Source: Sulfurovum sp.
Lineage (GTDB): Bacteria > Campylobacterota > Campylobacteria > Campylobacterales > Sulfurovaceae
Direction of reading: 5' to 3'
Assembly (NCBI GenBank): GCA_027082955.1
Contig: JALWTA010000010.1
Location: 9,712 to 73,711 of the forward strand
Length of the DNA: 64,000 nucleotides
Below, in pieces: positions 15,495-23,031 of this stretch. The position numbers were made by a program, and so were the translations under genes. Under the pieces are notes generated by a model. The model was not told where the DNA came from, searched no databases, and worked only from the letters and a program-made list of their open reading frames with translations. Numbering within the stretch: the first letter of the stretch is position 1; each line of letters opens with the position of its first letter.

Positions 15495-17582
15495 ATGTTG
15501 CTACGGGAACTTTGGAAACGTAAAAAAGAATTTTTTATTGTATTTGGCTACTTTTTTTTGCTTGTCTCTGGCATGATCATGACACATCATACCTTTTTGG
15601 GTATTCAGGACGAGGCTCAGCTTCAGGCCACACTTAAAGCAGCAGATGTCTACAACTATATGACCAGCTATCCTCTCGCTCTGTTTGGCGGATGGCTTTA
15701 TACCCATTTCCCCCATGGACAGTGGTACAGTGTCATCATGACCTTCTATACGCTCTTTATGACACTGGTTATGAGTGGCTATATCATATTGCTTGATATC
15801 GAAAACAGATGGGGAAGATGGTTTATTAAAGGGCTTTTGCTTGCGCTTTTTACTCTTCTGACGGTCTATACACTGCTGGAGGTCGATGTGACCTCTCCGA
15901 CACTCTTGCTTATCGCTTTGGCAGTGCCGTTGGTCAAACGTCATCAGGTATGGTTTTGGTTTATTTTTTGGGTAGCGAGCTTTTTACGCGAACAGATCAT
16001 CTTTTCGGTCATACCGCTGGTTGCACTGGCATATGTTATCGGCTTTGACAGAACCTATTTTACGAACAAGCGCAAGATTGTACTTTCATTGCTGTTCGTT
16101 GCGGGAATTCTGTTCAACCATTTTTCCTATAAACTTGACAAAGGATACGCACAATGGATGGAGTTTACTGAAGCACGTGCGTTTTTTACCGATTTTAACG
16201 GCGGATACAGTCCTGTTTTGACACCCGATGAATATCATCTTGCCAAAACATGGTGGCTGCTTGATCGGGAACTCTACCCTGTAGCCAAGATCCCGAAAGC
16301 CGCGGGAAGCAAGGTCGATCTTGTCAAAGAGCGTTTTTTGCAAAATCATCCGAAATGGCAAGTCAGAGCAGTACTGATCAGACATCCTGAGATCAAAATA
16401 CTCTTTGCGCTCTCTTTGCTCATTGCGTTGCTCTACAGGAGCTGGTTGCGTTTTGGGGCATACGCACTGTTCGGTATTGGACTTATTGTGCTGTTGATTG
16501 TCAAAGATGTCGAACGGGTGACATTTCCGGTGCTTATTATGTGGTGGGTACTGTTGGCAACGGATCTGTGGCGCATCAGGGGCAATGTGTGGCTGCGGCG
16601 ATCTGCGGTGGGTGCAGTGGTGCTTATTGTGGCATGGTTGTGCTACTTTACCTACCGGACACTTCCCTTGGACAGGATCACCCATTTTGCCCAGAGAGAA
16701 GCGCTGCATAAAGAGTTTAAGGATATTATCGCTCGTAACCACATGCAACTGGAGATCACATCCGGATACCCGGCATCATGGGGCTTGCTGGTGGAAGCGT
16801 TGATGGAAAATCACCTGTTCGACGAAGCCAACTGGGCAGATTTCTACCATGATCTGCTGCTCTCAGGGTGGTTTACACAAAGCCCTATCTGCTACCGGCA
16901 GCATCAGATCAGTGCAGATGGGGTCAAACGGAAATATGCCACCTACTATGACTGGCTGATGGATCCAAATACCGGTATCATCGGTTCAAAAGGGGAACGC
17001 AGGCATGTTCATCCGTTTTTGGCAACGAAACTTATGGCACTCTATGATAAAAAACATCCAAAAAAAGGATTCCGTCATATTCCTGAGGTGGTCGATGAGA
17101 GTAAACATTTCATTATTCACCGTATCGTACAGACAGATGCCTTTATTACACGTGTTTCCCCTGTAAAAGATATAAAGCAGTATACGCCGTTGTGGCGTAT
17201 ATCCTCTGCATCTTCACTCAGACCCCATCACATGGCATGGAAAGAGGGAATACTGCATGCTACAGACAAAGATCCGTGGTTTTTCGTGACACTGCCGCAT
17301 AGCAAAAGCCGTTTTGTGCTGCTGGATGTTGACATAGAGATTCCAAGGGCGCATGACGAGATGCAACTCTTCTATAAAACATCGGACAAACGTCCCTACA
17401 ACGAGATCGATTCTGTAAAAATAAGACTGAAAAAGGGCTGGAACCATTTCCAACTGAAGATCCCAAGAGAATACCTTCAAAGAACAGTCAGAATAGATCC
17501 TTCCAATTATGCGGGGGAATACCGTGTGCGTTCTATAGCACTCTATCCGTATGCGGAAGAGAATGCTTCTATGCAAAAGTGA
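15495..17582 (+). CDS. Polytopic membrane protein with a large C-terminal extracytoplasmic domain, function unknown (candidate GtrC/GT-C-like transferase)
   Basis: 695 aa. About 10 TM helices span residues 1-390, followed by a soluble region ending in the shared beta-rich module (residues about 578-686). I recognised no family motif. The functional guess rests on context only. Confidence 0.3.
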   Translation: MLLRELWKRKKEFFIVFGYFFLLVSGMIMTHHTFLGIQDEAQLQATLKAADVYNYMTSYPLALFGGWLYTHFPHGQWYSVIMTFYTLFMTLVMSGYIILLDIENRWGRWFIKGLLLALFTLLTVYTLLEVDVTSPTLLLIALAVPLVKRHQVWFWFIFWVASFLREQIIFSVIPLVALAYVIGFDRTYFTNKRKIVLSLLFVAGILFNHFSYKLDKGYAQWMEFTEARAFFTDFNGGYSPVLTPDEYHLAKTWWLLDRELYPVAKIPKAAGSKVDLVKERFLQNHPKWQVRAVLIRHPEIKILFALSLLIALLYRSWLRFGAYALFGIGLIVLLIVKDVERVTFPVLIMWWVLLATDLWRIRGNVWLRRSAVGAVVLIVAWLCYFTYRTLPLDRITHFAQREALHKEFKDIIARNHMQLEITSGYPASWGLLVEALMENHLFDEANWADFYHDLLLSGWFTQSPICYRQHQISADGVKRKYATYYDWLMDPNTGIIGSKGERRHVHPFLATKLMALYDKKHPKKGFRHIPEVVDESKHFIIHRIVQTDAFITRVSPVKDIKQYTPLWRISSASSLRPHHMAWKEGILHATDKDPWFFVTLPHSKSRFVLLDVDIEIPRAHDEMQLFYKTSDKRPYNEIDSVKIRLKKGWNHFQLKIPREYLQRTVRIDPSNYAGEYRVRSIALYPYAEENASMQK

Positions 17583-17952
17583 AGTAGCGGTTAAGCAGAT
17601 AGAAAAGTGTACTGTAAATGACCATCCCGGCAAAAAAAGCGATATCCGTTGCTATAAGATGGTGTTCAACGATAAAGTGCAGACCGGCATAGCTTGCACC
17701 ATAGGAGATGCCAAATGAGAGTAAAAAGAGCGTAAACTCTTTTAGCTTGTTTTTGTTGCTGAAAAAGACGAACTGCCGATTGAGAAAAAAGCTGATGATG
17801 ATGCCAATGACGTAGCTTAGGAAATAGGAGAGCGAGTAGCTTAGTCCTACCAGATGAAAAAAAATGAGGATGACGGCATATCCTATAATGGTATTGACCA
17901 CACCGACCGCTACAAAACGCAGAAAGGTTTTGTCGATAAGAGGGAGGTTCAT
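17569..17952 (-). CDS. GtrA-family small membrane protein (polyprenyl-phosphate-sugar translocation)
   Basis: 127 aa, 4 TM helices. GtrA-like N-terminus FLRFVAVGVVNTIIGY. ATGA overlap with the upstream ydjC-like gene. Confidence 0.8.
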   Translation of the reverse strand: MNLPLIDKTFLRFVAVGVVNTIIGYAVILIFFHLVGLSYSLSYFLSYVIGIIISFFLNRQFVFFSNKNKLKEFTLFLLSFGISYGASYAGLHFIVEHHLIATDIAFFAGMVIYSTLFYLLNRYFTFA

Positions 17953-18758
17953 GATCGTCCTATAGAGAGTACAGCATCCAGCTCCACACGTCTGTCTGAA
18001 GAAATACGGTAGTCTTTTTCCCCATCATCATAGAAGTGTACTTCTGCATCGAGTTCAGGATAGCTTGGATGCACCATGGCTTCAAACGGTATAGACATTG
18101 TTTGAAGCTTCTGGAGAATTTCTTTGCCGACCACTCCGGTATACAGGATAGAGTAGAACGCACGCTCACCGTAGCGGTCTTCGTAACGGCTGTCTATCAT
18201 ACTGAAAGTGCGCAGCAGCAGATATTTTATGATGCCGCCATTGAGGATAAAATTGAAACGTTTGGAGAGGCGGAAGGATTGCAGCGGATTCTCTTTGATA
18301 AGTCTGATCCGATCGATACCGTAACGTTCTGCGAGTTTCACTGCTATGGGGTAAAGATGAGGAATGAGATGGACATGGCGGTGACTGTCAATGTGGGTGA
18401 GGGGGCGTGTAAACCCTGAAAAGGAGAGTACACGCTGGATCTGTGCTTCCCACTCTTTCTCAACCGCTGCAAGAAAATCGGGGTCCTTTTGGGTCAGTAG
18501 TGTTTTGTAGCCGAGATTAAAACAGCCATTCTCATCACAATAGAGAGCATTAGGAAGAAGTGCTTTTCCATAAGTCAGATTCAAGTGCATACCCACACCG
18601 AGTTCAGGACGTTTCAATGCCCCTTGCATCGCCTCATCAAAATAGTCACAGTTTGCCATGATACTGGCATGCGTGATACCGCCTTTATCGTGTCCGTCAA
18701 ATATGGCACGGTTGGCACCAGGAGTCATCCCAAGGTCATCTGCATTGACAATGAGCAT
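17949..18758 (-). CDS. YdjC/ChbG-superfamily carbohydrate deacetylase (NaxD/LgmC-like)
   Basis: 269 aa. It has the YdjC motifs LIVNADDLGMTPGANRAI and THIDSHRHVH. Confidence 0.8.
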   Translation of the reverse strand: MLIVNADDLGMTPGANRAIFDGHDKGGITHASIMANCDYFDEAMQGALKRPELGVGMHLNLTYGKALLPNALYCDENGCFNLGYKTLLTQKDPDFLAAVEKEWEAQIQRVLSFSGFTRPLTHIDSHRHVHLIPHLYPIAVKLAERYGIDRIRLIKENPLQSFRLSKRFNFILNGGIIKYLLLRTFSMIDSRYEDRYGERAFYSILYTGVVGKEILQKLQTMSIPFEAMVHPSYPELDAEVHFYDDGEKDYRISSDRRVELDAVLSIGRS

Positions 18759-19715
18759 CTATGCGACCTCTTCTTCAATGAAGTAGTGTGGTCTGCCTTT
18801 TGTCTCTGCGTAAATCTTCCCGATATATTCTCCAATGACGCCCAGCGCCAGCAGTTGAATACCGCCGATAAAGTAAAGCGGCAGTACGGTAGATGCCCAC
18901 CCCGGTACGGCTTCATTTGTAAAATAGACCGTATAAAGCACATCGAGTGAAAGAACAATACTGCCAAGAAAGATAATGAATCCCGTGATGGTGATCAGTT
19001 TCAGGGGGAAGAGGCTGAAGGAGGTGATCCCTGACCATGCAAAACTTAGCATCTTCTTGAGTGTATATTTGGATTCGCCTGCAAACCGTTCGGTGGTTTT
19101 GAAGTAGACTTTGGTCGTTTTGAGCCCAATCAGTTTGATCATGCCTCGAATGAAAAGGTTCCGTTCCTTGAACTGAAGGAAAAAGCTCAGTGCTTTATAG
19201 GACATCAACCGGTAATCTGCATGGTTGAATTCTATATCCACACCCATGAAGTGCATCAATGTATAGTAACCTTCAGCGGTCATTTTTTTAAAAAACGAAT
19301 CTGATTCTCTGTCTTCTCTGATACCGAGTACGACCTCATAGCCTTCACGGTATTTTTCCACCATGACCTCTACGGCATCCGGGTCTTGCTGAAGATCTGC
19401 ATCGAGAGATACCATGCAGTCTGTATGTGTTCTGTGGGCATATGCCATACCGGCAAGAAGCGCATGCTGATGCCCCTCGTTTTTGGAAAGCTTGATACCT
19501 TTGATAAACGGATAGGTGTCGGCATAGGAGGAGATCATCTCCCATGTAGCATCCTGACTGCCGTCATCTACGAAGACAATATAGCTTTTGCCAAGGATCT
19601 TGTGGGTATTGACCAGTCGGGTGTAGAGCTCTCCCAGACGTTTAACGGTTTCGGGGAGTACCTCCTCTTCATTGTAACAGGGAATAACAATGGCTAATGT
19701 AGGCAAGGTCGACAT
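18759..19715 (-). CDS. GT2 polyprenyl-phosphate glycosyltransferase (GtrB/ArnC-like)
   Basis: 318 aa. Motifs LAIVIPCYNEEE, FVDDGSQD, SLDADLQ, ADYRLMS and GESKY, two C-terminal TM helices, and GEYIGKIYxExKGRPxY. Confidence 0.85.
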   Translation of the reverse strand: MSTLPTLAIVIPCYNEEEVLPETVKRLGELYTRLVNTHKILGKSYIVFVDDGSQDATWEMISSYADTYPFIKGIKLSKNEGHQHALLAGMAYAHRTHTDCMVSLDADLQQDPDAVEVMVEKYREGYEVVLGIREDRESDSFFKKMTAEGYYTLMHFMGVDIEFNHADYRLMSYKALSFFLQFKERNLFIRGMIKLIGLKTTKVYFKTTERFAGESKYTLKKMLSFAWSGITSFSLFPLKLITITGFIIFLGSIVLSLDVLYTVYFTNEAVPGWASTVLPLYFIGGIQLLALGVIGEYIGKIYAETKGRPHYFIEEEVA

Positions 19716-19744
19716 GAATTCTCTTTTTGGATAATTGTATGAAA

Positions 19745-20689
19745 TTATACTGCATTAGATGTTAAAGTGTCCAGATGTGCGTGTGTGTACCACCATGACG
19801 GATGCATACTCAGTTTTTCTATCAGAAATTGCGGCAGTTTTTTATGGTGCACTCCCAATGTATAGCCAAGATATTTGAGGGTATTCCGTATGACAAATTC
19901 CGGGATTTTCCCATAGGCATGCTGTGCGGCAATATAGCGAAGTTCGGAGAGGATATATCGTTTTCCCTCTCCGCCGGCTTTGCCAAATGTATCAATCAGC
20001 CAAGCTTCTCTGCTATGAAAGACACCGGTATCAAAATAGCGTTTAAAGTCTTCAATGACTGAATAGCTGTGGGCATGATATACAGCAGCTTCTGCCTGAT
20101 AGGCGACGCGGTAGCCATCTCTGAGGATTTTTGCTACAGTATGCATGTCTTCTCCAACGATCAAGCCCTTTTTGAACCAGCCGACCTCTGAGAGGACAGA
20201 TGTACGGTATGCCCCAAAACTGTCCGAGAAAAAAGCTGTTTTCAATCCGTAGCGCTCTCTGTCCTGGAGAATACGTACATAAGATTGCTCAGGGTAGTTA
20301 AAATAGCGAAGGTGGCGTCCAAACAGTGACGTTTTTTCATATGGTATTTGCCTCCCGTATGCTGCGGCAATGGAAGGGTCGTCAAAAGCACCAACAAGTC
20401 TCTCTAGTGTTTTGTTGTTACACGGCATTGCGTCCTGCGTCATGAAAACAAGGATGTCTCCGTTTGCTGCCTGTGCGGCGATGGTACGTGTATGTCCATG
20501 ATCAAATGTCTCCTTGGGGATGGAGAGAAAGATATCGGCAGTTTCTCTTGCAATCTGTGGAGTGCGATCCGATGAAGAAGAATCTATGACGATCAGTTCG
20601 CTTTCAATACTTTGTGCCCGCAGCCGTGACAGCAGTGCCGGCAGCAGCTTTTCAGCCTGATAGGTAGGGATGATGACACTCAGTCTCAT
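19745..20689 (-). CDS. GT2-family glycosyltransferase (rhamnosyltransferase-like)
   Basis: 314 aa. LSVIIPTYQAEKLL and VIDSSSSD are present, and it is soluble. Acceptor and donor are unknown. Confidence 0.7.
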   Translation of the reverse strand: MRLSVIIPTYQAEKLLPALLSRLRAQSIESELIVIDSSSSDRTPQIARETADIFLSIPKETFDHGHTRTIAAQAANGDILVFMTQDAMPCNNKTLERLVGAFDDPSIAAAYGRQIPYEKTSLFGRHLRYFNYPEQSYVRILQDRERYGLKTAFFSDSFGAYRTSVLSEVGWFKKGLIVGEDMHTVAKILRDGYRVAYQAEAAVYHAHSYSVIEDFKRYFDTGVFHSREAWLIDTFGKAGGEGKRYILSELRYIAAQHAYGKIPEFVIRNTLKYLGYTLGVHHKKLPQFLIEKLSMHPSWWYTHAHLDTLTSNAV

Positions 20690-20710
20690 AGATAATGTAT
20701 CTCCAAAAGA

Positions 20711-21916
20711 TTAGAGCGGCAGTCGGCTGAGATATGCTTCAAAGCCTCTAAAGGAACCTGATATAGAAGCTTTTCCTCCCTGCTCTTCCAATTCATACTG
20801 TATGGCAATGAGTGTGACCTCCCAGTCTTCCGGATTGAGTCCGAAGTTCTGCCCAGCAACTTCAGGCGGAGGGTTGTCCTGAAGAGCAGCGAGGACTGCA
20901 CGAATATTTTGGTAAGCGATATTAACACGGTAAAAGTCATTCCATTGCCCATCATCGGCAGTTGACTTGTTTGGTGTGTTCGTTACTTCCTGGATCGAAC
21001 GTGATTTTGGCGATTTGGTACACCACCACGAATCATCTTTGGCAACTGTTGCGACATGGACGATACCGGTAGTAGGGTCAAATCGGATACCGGCACGCTC
21101 TTCCTGCCATGCCGAACCGTACGCATAGATGCCGATTACAAAATTCAAATGTTTATTGATCTTTGGGTTGTACAGGAAAACATTAAATGAAACCCCACCA
21201 CCGATATTGGATTCGTAATTGTGGTAGATAGGCAGGTCGAAACTGCCTTGAAGCATCAGGTTGCCCGTACCGTCACTTTTCCATGGCATAATGTGGGTAC
21301 TAGGACGTATCTGGTAGGTGAATGTGCTGCCGATACCTGAGTAGGTCAATGCCTGTTCCGGGGCATCATAAAGGTTGAGGGTGGTGCCTGCTGCAAGTGC
21401 ACCATTAACACATTTGGATTCGCCTACCACGCCACTTGGGTCTATTTGCGAAAAATCACTGCCTATGATAGTATTGCGGTTACCGGTTCTGGCATCGATA
21501 CCGGTCAGTACGGAGTGGTTGGCAAAATGTGTACCATCACCGTTATAGAGATAGCGTGAAACAGGATTGGTATAGCGGAAATCCCAAAATGGTTTGAGTA
21601 CTTCTGAAAAAGGATAGGAATAGAGATTGGCTGTGGCAGAGAAATACCGACCTGCTGCCTCTGTTTGTGTCATAAAGTGGACAAACCCGACATCAGCATT
21701 GCTACTGCACTGGGAAGTGATAATAGGTGTTTTGTCGGCTTCATTTTGCTGGAAGGTTACAGTAAAAGGACGCGAACCTCTTGTATCGGCAGTACCTTTG
21801 TACTCTTCATATTTGTGTTTTACACGTTCAAGTTCTTTTTTGGCTTTATCGATAAGCTGGCATCCGGAGAAGATGAGAAGAAAAGGGAAAAGCAATAGAA
21901 TGATTCTGTGTTTCAT
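20711..21916 (-). CDS. Lipoprotein of unknown function
   Basis: 401 aa. The signal peptide has the lipobox LIFSGC. The mature part looks beta-rich and carries no motif I recognise. It is embedded between two glycan genes in the same operon-like run. Confidence 0.5.
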   Translation of the reverse strand: MKHRIILLLFPFLLIFSGCQLIDKAKKELERVKHKYEEYKGTADTRGSRPFTVTFQQNEADKTPIITSQCSSNADVGFVHFMTQTEAAGRYFSATANLYSYPFSEVLKPFWDFRYTNPVSRYLYNGDGTHFANHSVLTGIDARTGNRNTIIGSDFSQIDPSGVVGESKCVNGALAAGTTLNLYDAPEQALTYSGIGSTFTYQIRPSTHIMPWKSDGTGNLMLQGSFDLPIYHNYESNIGGGVSFNVFLYNPKINKHLNFVIGIYAYGSAWQEERAGIRFDPTTGIVHVATVAKDDSWWCTKSPKSRSIQEVTNTPNKSTADDGQWNDFYRVNIAYQNIRAVLAALQDNPPPEVAGQNFGLNPEDWEVTLIAIQYELEEQGGKASISGSFRGFEAYLSRLPL

Positions 21917-21951
21917 GCTGAAAATACCTTAATATGGGTTTGCTTGGAAGA

Positions 21952-23031
21952 TTATAGCGAATTTTCTACTTGTTTTCGCCATTTGAATCCACGTTCCTCT
22001 ATCTGATAGTAGCTTAGGGACGATATACCTAAAAGTGAAACAACGAAGATCGTGATGATCATAGGCATAGAAGGGTGGTGCGGAAGCAGATAGTGGTCGA
22101 TCAGAAAGAGAATGGGCATATGCCAAAGATAGACAGAGTAGGAGATTTTGCCTATCCATTCTATAAATCCTACACCTTTTGGATCACTGTTGAACAGAAG
22201 TATGAAAAGAGCACTGACGATCAGCAGCATAGCGATGTTTCTAAACAGAAAGCTCTCTTGCATGAAAGAGTATGTCGAAAGGTAGACAAAAAAAACACCC
22301 AGTGCTATAGCAAGTATGTATCGGATAGAAAAACCGATACGGGGTGTGTAGACGACATAGCGGTAGATCAGAATGCCACTGATGAAATAGATGATCTGAC
22401 CAGGAAGCTGAAATGAAAGATAGTATGCAATAAGCATATAGTTGCTTGCAGATCTGTCAAGGTGGAGAAGGGTATCATACCATCCCCGGTCGATACCGAA
22501 GAGATAGAGCATCCCTGCAAAAAAAAGTATCATAAGATAACGGCTTTTGTGTACATAAAGGAAAAGCAGCGGTGCAATGAAATACCAAAGCATTTCTACA
22601 TTGAGAGTCCAGTATGCACCATTGATACCATAACCGGCATCTTTGTAGATAAAGTACGAAGTAAATGTCAAGTGACTTAACAGTGATTTTAAAAATCCGA
22701 ATGAAATCGGATGTGAAATACCAAAGAAAGCACCGTAGAGCATAATGACAAAAAGAAGATTGGCATAGTAGGCAGGAAGGATCCGAAAGAGCCTGTGAAG
22801 CGCATAGCGAACAAGTCCGCGTTTAGGATTCTCCTGGGAGAGATAAAAACTGACAGAACGGTAGATGAGGTAGCCGCTGATGATAAAAAAGAGTGCCACT
22901 CCGAACTGACCGAAAAAGTGAATATAGCCAAATACCGGCTCTCCCATCAGGTGCAGTAGTACATAAAAATGATAGATAACAACACTGATGACTGCAATTC
23001 CCCGAAGAAGGTCTATTCCTTTCAATCTCAT
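21952..23031 (-). CDS. Acyltransferase family 3 membrane O-acyltransferase
   Basis: 359 aa. It has IDLLRGIAVISVVIYHF and about 10 TM helices. ATGA overlap with the upstream gene. Confidence 0.8.
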   Translation of the reverse strand: MRLKGIDLLRGIAVISVVIYHFYVLLHLMGEPVFGYIHFFGQFGVALFFIISGYLIYRSVSFYLSQENPKRGLVRYALHRLFRILPAYYANLLFVIMLYGAFFGISHPISFGFLKSLLSHLTFTSYFIYKDAGYGINGAYWTLNVEMLWYFIAPLLFLYVHKSRYLMILFFAGMLYLFGIDRGWYDTLLHLDRSASNYMLIAYYLSFQLPGQIIYFISGILIYRYVVYTPRIGFSIRYILAIALGVFFVYLSTYSFMQESFLFRNIAMLLIVSALFILLFNSDPKGVGFIEWIGKISYSVYLWHMPILFLIDHYLLPHHPSMPMIITIFVVSLLGISSLSYYQIEERGFKWRKQVENSL

